From Takakia lepidozioides (lineage: Eukaryota; Plantae; Bryophyta): DNA of 64,000 bases. Made by a program: the position numbers and the translations under genes. The notes under the pieces are model-generated. The model was not told where the DNA came from. It did no database searches and saw nothing but the letters and a program-made list of their open reading frames with translations. Where the stretch lies: positions 64,418,001-64,482,000 of the forward strand of contig CM060731.1 of the NCBI GenBank assembly GCA_030704615.1. Reading direction: 5' to 3'. Of the stretch, positions 48,716 through 61,154 are shown one piece after another (position 1 is the stretch's first letter; each line of letters starts with the position of its first letter).

Positions 48716-50236
48716 CATGGCCGCTCTGGCAGTTTAGCCATTTCTCCAAGGGGTTTAGCCACGCCAAGCTAGGGTTTGTGTCTCTTGGACTCTAGGCTTC
48801 TTTCCACCGAGCTATGGTGGCTGTGAGGAAATCAGCAAGGTATCCTTGCTCTTTCGGCTCCCACACACCACCATAGTAGCCCTAAGCCATGAGGTGGTTG
48901 CCACAAACCAAGCCTTCTTTCTCACTTAGCCTCCCCAAACACGCCACTAAACTCAATGGCAAACAACCAAGCCCTGCTGGTTCCCAGCCCTTGTGAGCAC
49001 TCATTCAAGCACTCTCATTGGCCATAACATCTGTCTTAGAGCCTATTCCAGCCTCTCTACATCTGTTGCTTCAAGAGTTGCGCTCCCTTCAAGCTTGAAG
49101 TTGAAACCCCAACTCACATAGGCCCTACAAGTGCTTTTCTTTCACTCCACGTGGAAACCAGCCCTAGACCTTCCGTTCTAGTTCTCTAAGGCTTGAAAAC
49201 AAGAGCCTCAATGGGCTGAAGGCATGCTCCACACATGCCCCACTCTCACCATAAGAGAATCAGCTCCTTTGCTTCATTTCTTGCACCCACAAACCTGAAA
49301 ATACAAGCTTCAGCAGGCTGAAAGCATGCTCTACATGCCCTACAGGGAAACCAGCCCGCCCCTTCCTTCCTTCCTTGCACTCCCACACCTAAAAGTGCAA
49401 GCCTTCACCAGGCTGATAGCATGCTCCACACATACATTGCCCTCACATAAGGGAAGTCAGCCCTTCCCTCTTCCTTGCTTGCCCTCCAAGCTTGAAGATG
49501 GAAGCTTCAATGAGCTGAATACATGCTCCACACATGCAACCTCTTCACACAAGAGATATCAGCCCCCTATCTTGGCTCCTTGGCTCCTTGATGCTCTCTA
49601 AGACAAGACTAAGCACTCCACAGCCTTTGCCAAGCTCCTGAAACCCTAAGGCTTACATTTCCAGCCACAAGACACTTCTCTTGTGGTGCAAGAGCTCTTC
49701 TTCCAAGCTCTGAAACCCCAGGTTCACATTCCATGGCCTTGCCGCACCTCTTAGCTCCTGTTCCAGCCCTGCTCTTGCCATGACAAGAGCCCTCTCAATG
49801 CTGAAGCTCGAGATTGGAACCCAATCTCACCATACTCCACAAAGTGCATTGATTTGCCCCAAGCCAAATCAGCCCTTTCGCTTGGTCTTGCAATCCTTCA
49901 CACAATGAAAGCTCGCATTCCCAGGTCCAGTTCTCAGCTTTGCCACCAAAGCCACTATAACCTGCTCTTGACTGGTCCTCTTCCCAATCGTGCTTGCTCA
50001 TGCATGTACACAATCTGAAACCATCAAGGTGCTCTGGAATTACCTGCAGCATGGTGCTTTCATCTCTGAAGCTGAAGATCGAATGCCAAGGTCTACCACC
50101 TTGTAACCCACATCGCCTCCGCTTCTAACAACCAAGAGCTCCATGGTGCTCCTTGCATAACAACTTGGTTTCTCTCAATCTCAAGCAAAAACCACAAGTG
50201 CTACAACTAACTCGTATCTAGCACTCATAGATACGA

Positions 50237-50252
50237 GCTCATCTTTCTCGAG
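50237..50252 (-). other. Putative self-priming primer binding site (also at 38160-38175)
   Basis: CTCGAGAAAGATGAGC lies immediately 3' of the LTR-terminal CA and is the exact reverse complement of an LTR-internal 16-mer (50418-50433; 38295-38310). Confidence 0.6.
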
Positions 50253-50579
50253 TGATAAAGAGGAAGGATACAAGCACAAGCTCATGCGAGCTCACAAAGC
50301 TGAAGCATAAACTCATGCATATATAACCTCATCACTCAAATACAAGTCAAGCCAAGTGCACCCCACGCCATGGGGAATCCACACTACGGCGCCATAGCTA
50401 GGCGCGGTGAGGCTCAACTCGAGAAAGATGAGCCTCCCGCGCTTGCCGTGAAGATAACCACTCCAGGGCCTAAATCTGCTTGCCCCCCTGGATTGACACT
50501 TGGGCCAATCCCAAATATCAATATGTAAAAACTAGCTATTTCCTAGCTAGTTTCACACTAGTGGTAAAATAACTTGACA
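50253..50579 (-). repeat. 5' LTR of copy 2 (TGTCAAG...TTTATCA), either the complete short LTR or only its R/U5 part
   Basis: Homologous to 38176-38457; homology stops at ~50580. Confidence 0.7.
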
Positions 50580-50899
50580 AAAGCTTGAATAGGCATCAGT
50601 AGGCCTAGCAGGGTGGTGCCAATCAATTACCTCCCAGGTCTCAAGTGAGGTGGCCTAATGGGTTGGCTAGGTAATTATCCGTCAGGGATATACCTTTTGA
50701 AGTGAATACTTACCTACCTGCCATGCAAGGATATCTACACCCTAACAATTCGATGATTAATAGATAATTACCCTTTGATTATTATTATTATTATTCCAGA
50801 ACAGGTGGGTAAGCAAAAATGTCGGGTCTAGTTGTAGTTAAATGATTATACGATTATACCATGATGTCCAGGTATATGATATATCCACACAACACTAAA

Positions 50900-51160
50900 C
50901 CAGTGTTGTGCAGGTAAATCGATTTTTGCTTATCCTCCAGGTAAGGGTAAATAGAAATCAGAGGATTATTTATCCTCTGGGGAAGGGTAAATTATTTGTA
51001 TGTCCATTTATTTATCCTCCGGGTAAGGGTAATTTTTTTACATGTCCATTTACTTATCCTACGGGTAAAGGACAACGGCCAAAAATTTGACCGGATAAGG
51101 ATAAATACCGGGTAAGGATAAATAATTTACCCTTTTTATACCCGCCGGGTAAAAAAGCAT
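50900..51160. repeat. Cluster of TTATCCTCCGGGTAAGGGTAA-like repeats, possibly the end of a DNA transposon
   Basis: About 5-6 degenerate copies following CAGTGTTG at ~50901; no matching second end found. Confidence 0.35.
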
Positions 51161-51650
51161 ATATAGTTTTAAACTAATTAATTAAGGTAATCAATTTTTG
51201 GTCTATTTTTTGGCTTAGTATAAGGCTGATATGTTGTATCATATGTAGTGAATAATATCATGAGCTTGTCTCTTTACATCAAAGATAATAATCAAACAAA
51301 ACCAAATAAAACCATGTACGAGTGCCTCGTCCACTAAACTAGTGCCTCCGAGATCCAAGTAAAGATAATAATGAAACAAAAAAAAATATGACAATGCAAT
51401 GTAATATATAATTTCAAGGCTTATGGCTAATAATATGACATAATCACTATATTATCTCTATGAAGTGCTAAAGATACACAAGGAGGAAGAAGTGCCAAAA
51501 TACATGATAGTACCCTACATTTAATTAAGTTTACCCTTTTATATACTCTCAAACATTTAAATTTTGAAGTTTAAGGTAACAAACTATCTTTTGAGAGAAG
51601 AGATTCAAGGTCATATTGAGATGAACTTGACTCCAGCTGAAGGTTAAAAC

Positions 51651-52855
51651 ATGGATGAGTTTAGAAAGAAGAAGCTCAGAGCTCTCACTATTATCAATCT
51701 CTCTCTTTCTGATAAGATCATCCACTATATCTCCCACTTGACTAAACCAAAGGCAGTTTGGGATGCTCTTGTCCAGGTGTACGATAACAAATCATCATCT
51801 AGGCAAATGGCAGTAAGGAATAAGCTTCAGAACATGAAAATGACTGAAGATACTTCAATGGAAGAATTCCTTGAAACCATCACTAGTCTTTGTTGCCCAA
51901 CTTGCTAGCTTTGGTGAAGAGATCGAGGAGCACATTGTGGTAGAGACCATTCTGAATGCATTGCCCGATTCATACCTTGCTTATAGAGATTCCATCATGG
52001 ATCAGAGGGAGCTCGCAGATTTTGCAGAACTCACTTCAAAGTTGCTACATGAGGAAAGTCGAAGAGAGCTACGAGGACGCAAATTGAACCAGAACGAAGT
52101 CCTGTGGGTGAAGTTGAAACACTTCAATCACGCGTATAAGAGTACTCGGGGGGCTAGACTTACCTCGACTATGAAATCATCAACGGGTACCTGCAACCGA
52201 TGTGGTAAGGAGGGTCACTGGGCGAAGAAATATTGTTTGGTGCCATATGACGAAATCATCCGATCTCCATCCCAACAGGCCAACGTTGTGGAGGACATGC
52301 CAGAAGAATCTGATGATGAAAATGGCGGTGATGTTGTCAAAATGCTTGAAATGGCGATGGCGGCACAGTGCACTTGACACACACGTTGTGTTTCTTCTCT
52401 CCAAGGGATAGACATGCATCATGGATTATGGACTCGAAGGCAAGCAAGCATGACACAGACAACTCCAATATTTTTCATAATATTGAAGTAGGCAGCAACA
52501 ATACTTCTAGTGTATGCTCTGCTAGTGGCACTTATCACTCAGTGAAAGGGAAATGCCACACAAATGTACTCTAAAATGGATCAATAAAGTGGATTACAGA
52601 TGTTTTGTACGTGCCTCGTATGACGAAAAATCTCTTATCTGTTGGTGCTCTAGCTGACAAGGGTCATCTTGGAATAAAAGATTCTCGAAAATGTCTATTT
52701 GTAGATAAGAACCAGCCTCACAATGTTGTTCTTCAAGGAATACGAGTTAAATCCACTGATCTAGTATACAAGTTGGATTCAAATGAGCAAACTCTCCATG
52801 CGATCAACTCTGTAAAATCTAATGAGATTGCTAGATTGTGGTATAAGAGACTTGG
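51651..52855 (+). mobile_element. Degenerate Ty1/Copia gag-protease-GAG-pre-integrase fragment
   Basis: ALTIINLSLSD...AVWDAL, ILNALPDSY, CNRCGKEGHW...C, WIMDSKASKH, YVPRMTKNLLSV and LWYKRLG. Frameshifts and a stop; interrupted at 52856. Confidence 0.88.
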
Positions 52856-53483
52856 TGTTAGGGACGAGAACATGACTGAACTTAAACAAGAGATCAGATT
52901 AGAGATATAAGACTAGACAATAAGTCAGGGTCGGTGTGGCCAAATACATTATGGATAAATATGAATCAAGATGAATATGTAGTCTTTACAATAAGGACAA
53001 GAGTACAAGATACTGGAACTAGAGTACTGGAATACTGTGTTAAGTTATTTTACCACTAGTGTGAAACTAGCTAGGAAATAATTAGCTTTTACATATTGAC
53101 ATTTGGGATTGGCCCAAGTGTCAATCCAGGGGTCAAGGCAGATTTAGGCCTTGGAGTGGTTATCTTCACGGCAAGCGCGGGAGGCTCATCTTTCTCGAGT
53201 TGAGCATCACCGCGCCTAGCTATGGCGCCGTAGTGTGATCACCATGGCGTGGGATACAACTTGGCTTGACTTGTATTTGAGTAGAGGTTATATATGCATG
53301 AGATTATATTTGTATTCTTCTTCTTTATCATTGTGTGGACTAGTGACTGCCATAGTGGGCAGTATAGTGGCAGTATAGTGGCAGCCTAGTGACTGACTAG
53401 TTGTAGCCTAGTGGTTGGACTAGTGATATACTAGCGTGACATGTGTTGTGTGGTTTTGGACAGCGATGTAGTTGTATATAGCG
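52856..53483 (+). repeat. LTR-derived fragment of the DNMT-Gypsy family, inverted relative to copies 1 and 2
   Basis: 53038-53330 matches the reverse complement of 38176-38457, and 53332-53475 matches the reverse complement of ~38790-38955. The insertion appears to begin with TG at 52856. Confidence 0.75.
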
Positions 53484-53559
53484 CCTAAAGGAAGCGTAAA
53501 TCATGGTGTCTCTTCACCCTGAACTATTAGTGCCTTCCCCATGGTGGAAGGTGGGCACC

Positions 53560-53880
53560 TTTGTGACACCTATTGGTGGATCGAACAAACCCCCCAAAGG
53601 GTTGCCACTACCTTAGGTGGACACCTTGGTAATGCCTTCCGCCAGGAACCACGGACACCTTTGTGACACCAATTAGTGGATGGAACCCACCCCCGAAGGG
53701 TTGCCACTACCTTAGGTGGGCACCTTTGCGACACCAATGGGTGGTTTGAACCCAACCCCCAAGGGTTGCTGCCTTCCGGTAGGAAGGTGGACACTTTTGT
53801 GACACCAATCGTGTGGTTTGAACCCAGCCCCCATGGGTTGCTGCCTTCCGGTGGGAAGGTAATAGTCTGGTTTGAACCCA
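53560..53880. repeat. Tandem ~63-bp repeat (about 4-5 degenerate units)
   Basis: Recurring gtgacaccaat...gtggtttgaaccc...gggttgc...ccttaggtgg; translates as repeated PPEGSNPWGLGSNH. Confidence 0.75.
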
Positions 53881-56071
53881 TAACCGATTCAACTGCTTTT
53901 TTGGTAATTTGTGCCCAATACCGCTGGGCTATATCTTCGGCGCTGTCTTGAGCAGATACTGTAATTGAGTGTCTCTCTAGCAACTCGACTGCTTTCTTGT
54001 GCATCTCGATCTCTTGCATCTCCAGTGCTTTCTCTTGGATCTCGAGTTTTTTCTTTTGAAACTCGAGTGCTTTCTCTCTCATGACTTGTGTATATGGTTC
54101 TAAAATTGCCTCGAATATATTCCCATCCTCGAGTGCATTCTCTTTAAACACTTGTACATGAGCCCCCACTATCGTATCGGGACTGTCAATGCCTGAAAAC
54201 AGGTTGCCATCTAAATTGATGTTTGATAGACCTGGCATATTCGGTAGCTGTCCGGGAATGAAATCTGTCAAATCGTTATGGGCCAGGTTTAGAACCTGTA
54301 GGCTTCGAAGTTCTCTAAATTCTGGAGGGATGCTGCCCGTCAACCGATTTCTGGAAAGATCCAAGTATGACAGGTTGTGGCAGTTACCAAGCCACGCGGG
54401 TACTGAACCTGCAAGCTGATTAGATCCCACATGAAACGTGACAATGTGTTGCAGGGCAGCGAGTTCCTGTGGAATTGAACCACGCAGTGCGTTGAATGAA
54501 AGGTCGATCGTCTGCACATCAGCGCGTATTTGTGAGGACCTCACAGAACACTTTGGTCGTATCCACAAGTTTTTGCTTAAATTACAAGTTTGGATTCTGC
54601 ATTGAATCTTCGTTGCGTGTACTTGATATTTCAATTATTTCAAACTCTTTTATGTGCATAAATGCCGATTCAAATCTTTAGATGTTATAGTGGTATAAGA
54701 AAGTAGACCAAAAACGATTGTCAAATTGGGACAAGGGAACTGACCTCCAAGTTGTGGCAATTAGAGAGCGAAGGTGGTATGGGGCCAGTGATTCCACAGT
54801 GAGCCAGATTCAGACTTCTCAACTTCTGGAGATTCCCCAACTGATCTGGAATATAATTACCTCTTAACTTGTGATTCCAGCTAAGATCAAGCTCCTGCAA
54901 AAGTACAAGTATTAATTACGTTATATCAGGCTCCGCTTGAAGCGCTAATTGTTAATTCCTAAGCAAAGGGCTCCCCATCCGCTGACCCTGGTTAGTGCAC
55001 TCAGGGCAGCTATAGCAGCATCAAGGGCTGTTTCAGGGCATTTGTGTGTCATTTTCGATGTCACAAGTCACAACGTCGCTTGATGATATTCGCATAAACG
55101 TTAATCTACATCTCTCAACCTGTTAGGTGTTACGATCACCAATTTTTTTTTTACTCATCCAAGTTTGACTGTCGTCTGGCCAGGAACACTCATCACCAGG
55201 TTGAGCGTGAAGAAGTATGAATGAATTTCTTGAGAAGCCCAAAATGTGTAAAGTAAATTATGTCCTTAACTAGTGAAAGGGAGCCTTTCCTTTCACAAGG
55301 AGCTTGTGACAATACTACCGACAATCCATCTTCGCACAAAGATTTAGAACATCATGTTTATCAAAGAAGAAAGTCAAATCACTTATGTAGACAGCGAATT
55401 GACTGGGAAACTGATAATAAACCCATTTCGTACTTGGACAAGAAAGTACTAACTTACCTCCAAGCTGGTGCAGTAAGCGAGCTCAAAAGGTATGACGCCA
55501 TAGATTTCACAAGCAACCAACTTCAGACTTCTCAATTTCCTGAGATTCCAAAAGAGGTTGGAATCAGACCTGATATGCCATTCCGGCTAAGATCAAGCTC
55601 CTGCAAGCTGCTACAGAGGCCTAGCTCCGGAGGGATGGACCCAACAATATTATAATTCACGGAAAGGTTCAGGTGTTGTAGATTGAGAATATTTCCTATC
55701 TGGGGAGGGATGCTTCCAGATAGAGCGTTATCACTCAGGTCCACATGTTGTAAACTAGATATGGACCAAAGCCTGGAACAAATCACCCCTGACAATCCTA
55801 GTCTCGAAAGAGAGAGCTCTGTAACTCGTCTATCAGCATTGCAAGCAACCCCTGTCCAGTTGCAAGGAGACATATCAGTGGCGACCCAATCGGAGAGTTG
55901 GTTGTGGGCCAGTCCCAGCCCCACCTTGAAGTCCAGCAGGGCCGCCATGTCTGAGCCTCTCACACCAACCGGCCACCATCCACCGCAACACAGTAGCAGC
56001 ACCGCCATGAACAAGGAAAGATGCGAGAAGAGCTGTGTAGCTGATATAGTAGCCATCGGCGGACCCGCCAT
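53570..56071 (-). pseudogene. Extracellular LRR protein (LRR-RLK/RLP-type ectodomain), 3 exons, frameshifted, no TM or kinase domain
   Basis: Signal peptide, then LRRNT (ALLDFK...W...PCNWTGVAC) and plant LRRs LxLSxNxLSGSIP. Exons ~56071-55457, 54895-54746 and 54511-53570 with GT-AG ends. Apparent 1-bp frameshift near 55545. Confidence 0.75.
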
Positions 56072-57446
56072 ATTCCAATATATTCTTGTAAGCTTGCCTT
56101 TGATCTTTCTACACCCTCTCACCCTCAATCCACCTCCAATCCACAATCTAGAGAACCAAAGTCCAGTTGCTGTTGATGGATTCGCTACTTTTTTACCACA
56201 AATTTGGAATGTTGCAAGGAAATTGAAGGAATTTATCAAGCAAAGACGAAGTGATGAAATCACCAATCGCCCCCCCCCGAGTGAGAGGGACGTCAAGGGT
56301 AGGCACGCCAAGTCCTTCACTCACACCAGATTGCTCTTCATTTGCTAGCTTATCTTGCTTATAAAGGCTTTGTTTCTGCCTGAGCCTGCCCTGGCAGGTG
56401 TCCTGCTGTGATGCACAATTTTTCCTAGCAGGCAAGTTCGCTCTCAGTTCTCTGTTTACATTTGGATGGCTGGCCGCCAAGATCTTTGTCGCTAGTCTGT
56501 ATCTTCTACGGACATGTCCGTCCTCTTCGTGGAGATGTCGGCGAGGGTCGGTCCCGGTAGTCCAGTGCAGACGGGAGAGATGATTGATAAAATGCGCAGT
56601 TCCCAGAACGACGAGGACGGATGAACTGGTTTGGCTCCGCAGATAGACGGATGACACTCGTTCATTCGTGCTTCCTCCAACAGACGATCTCTGCCCTTCG
56701 ACTCGGATCGATCTGTTAGGCAACATCCTCCGATGAAAGTGACCCTTTTGACTTTTGATTTCATCCACCCCTGTTCTCGTTTTGCGTTCATCCAGGACAG
56801 CTTCAGATGCCAGACTTACTTTGAAGGAATGTCACAGCCTGTCCATCACAAACACTCTCAGCACTGAAACACCTTGAGGATCTACTCCCAAGTCTTTTGC
56901 AGATCATCACTCCAGTGCGCATACCCGATCTTCGGAAGATTAGTAAACTGAAGTGGTACAATTGACTGGATGCTGGTTGCAAATGAAGAATTACAGAACC
57001 TGAGCTAAATGTGTCACTAAATTCCTGCAGCATTGCTGCCATGGATCTTCTGCCAGATGTCGAAGCAGAACAGGAATGTCCAGTGTATTAGTAGTCAATA
57101 TACAAGGATGAGACATGAGACGACACTGTTGTGACTAAATGGAGCCAGCACACCACACTTGCAGCTTGAGGTTGAGTAATTCCATGTGTCCATTCTCACA
57201 GGACTGTGCTTCCAATATTCTTCAGCACACTGTAATACAAACACCTTCACAAACATCATTTCTTCAAAACGGAGCATAGACAGGCCACCTGCACATATGG
57301 ATGATCAGCTGCAGCGTTTCACTTTACAGTTTTGACACAAACCGATCACCAATCTCTGTTTAAATTGGACACTCCGAAACCGTTACTTCAATCAGAAAGT
57401 ACACCTTCAATGGAAACCAGCCGCATAAATCAGCAAAAGTACATAC

Positions 57447-57533
57447 CTTGCCATGGATAACAAACCAGCAGTCATCTTCTTTCTTGTGTTCTGCAACCTG
57501 CTCGAGGGTGAAGGACTTCCCCTTCTCTGCCAT
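57447..57533 (-). pseudogene. Cytochrome b5 first exon only
   Basis: MAEKGKSFTLEQVAEHKKEDDCWFVIHGK followed by a GTATGT donor; no downstream VYDV...HPGG exon found. Confidence 0.6.
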
Positions 57534-60314
57534 GCCGGAACACTTCACCAGATCCTCCAGATCCTCCTCAAGCAGGCGCACACCCTGTGGTTTTCGCCCG
57601 GAATCCACACACTTGCACATCTAATCACTCGCAGGGGATGAAATCGGACCACATATTGCCTTCCTGAGCACGAATGATATCAGACACGCACAGAAAGACG
57701 TAAAACCAGATTCCAGCCCTCCTAAAGCACGAAACGAGACACAATAGAGAACAGAAATGTCGTCCGCTTGCCTATAAAACGCAAGCGCAGCGCACATGTA
57801 TAGTATTTATGTGTATGTATATAGATAGAGAGATCGCACTATAATTTACGCTTACTCCGGAGGAGTCCTCCTCTTTCTTGCTTGTGCATAACCTAGGTGA
57901 TCCTGGGTTCAATCCTTCAGCATGTTCCTTCAAACCGTCCATTGGCCCTCGATGGCCTCTGTGTAGAGCAGTAGGCTCTGTAAATTCACTGGACGTTAAA
58001 GAAACTTCATCTTTATGTTTTTGAGAGAGAGAGAAAAGACGAAAAGACGGGTGTTTGAGTCTTTTTTACAAACTCTTTGTTTCCGGATTTGCAAATTGAG
58101 TTTTGAGGGATGATGGTCATCGCAATGTAGATCATTCATGGAGTCTTGGGAAGCTCGGGGAACACCTCTATCCCGGTAGGAGCCTAGGAATAATGCTCTC
58201 CCTGTTTTTGGTGGGAGCTGCGTGTGAGGCAGAGTTTTGAGCAGCGGTGGTCATCGCACTTGTGGAGTCCAAGGAAGTAAGGGGGGAAGCAAGGGAGGAG
58301 ACGGGGCGGAGGTCATAACCACAATCGCACCGCCAAATTTGACATTTCAATAAGAGTAAACAAAACTCTTGTTTGTCTACGGTGTATCTCCACAATATAC
58401 AATTACATTATGAACAGATGCGGAGTAGATTACAACAATGGACCATAATGTGATTTGTTTATCAGCTTCATGTTCTTGATTTGTTTGTTGGCTCCTCCCT
58501 CAAGAAGAGACCACGCATCAGTTTTGAAAAAGTGGGATGATCCTGACATACCTACACCCGATCTTACCTACAACAAGGATATAACATCCTCGGATAAGCC
58601 CTATATTGTAGATAAACCTGCCCTAGTTAGCGGTGCATGTTAATACTGATGAGCTCCATAAACGTGTAGTTAATGAGGTGTGTATCACATTAATTGAAGT
58701 CAAGAGGAAAAGATGAGGAGTTCGACTCCTTCTAAAACAACTTTTTGAACATGTAAACAACTAGGATGAGAAAGGAACAGCCTAAACAACTAGGATGAAA
58801 AAAGAAATGCACAGTAATAATACCTTAATAGCAGTCAAGATCATTCAATATGATGCAGAAAAGTTTATATATACATATATTTATATACTGTAGTGAACGC
58901 ATCCCTCTCGCTGCCTTCCCCCTTGCAGGGGGTGGTGGATGAAATGGGAAATGTGCCTTGGCATTTTCCCGCCACCAAGGCCGCTTCTATTGGCTTTAAG
59001 GAGCGTGATGCCAAGCGCACCGGCTTGGCCCATCATCTAGGTTTCACATGTTGATAACACCTTCTAAAAGACCTTGTCAGTTCTGATATCATGTAATACA
59101 TCGCCTGCTGATACCTGGCACAAATCTCCTGAAATGCTAGTCCCCGATCTCCATGCTAACAAAAGGGAACCACACTAGATATATGTGGACACTGGTGTGG
59201 TTGATGTCTAAGGAACTACTTTCTTGTCAGTGCAGGGTCCAAAAGCGTTCTGAGCTACATTTGGTACTAACAAAGCTTTAGACGTCCCCAGCTGGCAGGG
59301 ATTGAGGGGAAATCAATGTGAGTGAGCATCCATGATTCTTGTCAAAAATCACATAAAGCCATTGTGACTTTGGTCTGGTGCGCTTACTGCATGGCCTGCT
59401 GCGCCTCCTGCATCTGTTTCTGCATGGCCTGTTGTGCCTGCTCCATCTGCTCCATCTGTTGCTGCATGGCCTGCTGCGCCTCCTGCTGCTGCTACATGTT
59501 CTGTTGTATACCTGTCACGGCCGTCATCAATTGGGCCTGGGTTCCCTGGAATTGCAATATTCCCTCTCCTACCTTAACACACATGTTCACAAGTCGGGGG
59601 AGTTCGTCCCCAATAGTTGTGCAAGCTTCCTTCAACACCACCATGTTACGTTGGTCATCCATCCTGCATGCACTAAAGTAGGTAAGAATCTCCACAAGAT
59701 ATCTCACAAGGTCGGGACAAACTACGTTTGTGTGTGAGGGAGAGAGAAGATCCAACACGACCAAAGAAGAAAAGAGTACACCTATTGTCGGGGGGAATTA
59801 GGCTGATAGCCCACCTACAGCATTTTGAGCGCGCTATTTGGTGAAACGGCTAGCTACGGTCTGCACATTGTTGTGCAGAGCGACAATTCAGAGTCACACA
59901 GAGACGGACGTTCTTATTATACGTCAATGGCGGTGACGAATTGCTTACAACATAGTCCCAACGGCAACGAATACCTCCCGGAGCTTGCAGGGTTGTATCC
60001 AGTATCCACCAGGGTACAGAATCTTAGGCCACAAACAAATAATTCAGTTCTTGCAAGTGATGAGCAAAGCATGTAACAGGCCTCAGATCCTTTGCGAACA
60101 GGTTTGATAAAGTGAGTCTACGTCTCACTTGGGAAGAACAAACTATCTGTCAACAAGGATTTGACATTGCTGTTGGCACGATGATTTTTCATAGTCTAGA
60201 TTGTGCAAATGTTGAAGTCTGCAGCGCTGGGGTGAAGAAGAGGGAGAAGCTAGAGGTCGACGCCGCTGCGTTCAGCCTGGACGGGAGATGGAGATTCAAA
60301 CACTAGGGCCAGTA

Positions 60315-60547
60315 TAGGGTTTAGGGTTTAGGGTTTAGGCCACATGTAAATTCTACGCAGTGCCCATGTGGCGAGAATAATGAGGTGGCAGGGTTTAAAG
60401 AATGGCTATGAACAGGTGTCAAGATATAGCGGGTCCACTTTGGAAAAATTAGGCCTATGATATTGAACTATTGGCAATTTTTGGCTTTTGTTTTCTGCAC
60501 AATGCACGTGAATGGCTAGGGTTTAGGGTTTAGGGTTTAGGGTTTAG
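60315..60547. repeat. Two short interstitial telomeric (TTTAGGG)n / telo-box arrays
   Basis: About 3.5 units at 60315-60339 and about 4.5 units at 60517-60547. Confidence 0.85.
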
Positions 60548-61154
60548 CAAAGCAAGCAAGCTGAAAGCCAACCTGGGAGATGAGTATGGCAGTGTGAGAG
60601 TATGGAGGAGAATGCAGACGGTGAGAATGCCAGATACATATGACTTGCAGGTGTGCGATGACGGGGATTAAGCAAAGGGAGATCGAGTTGCAAAGGGATG
60701 ATCGTGGATCCTAACTTACATTCTTGGAGACACAGGTGACAGGGTTGTCTGAACAGAGGGACCTGGATAGTGCTCACAAAAAAATAGTGATCCTGCACGG
60801 GGATTTAATGGATCCATTGTACTTGAAAGACTTGTGTTGCTGCAACAGAGCTGTTTGCTAGCTCTTTTAGGAAGTCTGTCGTGAACGAGGCTCCATTGCT
60901 AGTAAGAGATTGTCGTGAAGGAGAAGTCAACGGCTTCTAACGCAACATAGAAGCAAGTCAATCTCGCAGAAGACAGCATAGTTTTCATAGTATGTAGGTC
61001 TCTCTGATCATGAAGACCTGCAAATGAAGCCATCACATTCATGAATTAAATAGAGATTCCAAGTTCTTTGTTTGCAGTCCATAACACAGGGGAGCTCTCA
61101 AGTATTCTCACACTAGGTGGATTCTCATGAAGAAATGGTGATCACAAAAACAAT

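Larger units (their letters stand above)
38176..50579 (-). mobile_element. Ty3/Gypsy LTR retrotransposon (copy 2) with intact coding frames, encoding a C5-cytosine DNA methyltransferase and a PHD finger
   Basis: Domain order Gag-PR-DNMT-(UAG)-RT-RH-IN-PHD, with LTR-homologous segments at both ends, a PPT and a long repeat-rich leader. Confidence 0.95.

Noticed and set aside
53560-53880. Regularly spaced repeats resembling a CRISPR array
   Set aside because: Eukaryotic context, whole units are repeated with no unique spacers, and there are no cas genes.
60315-60547. TTTAGGG arrays as a chromosome end or fusion scar
   Set aside because: Only 3-5 units each, in the same orientation; such short telo-box arrays are common near plant genes.
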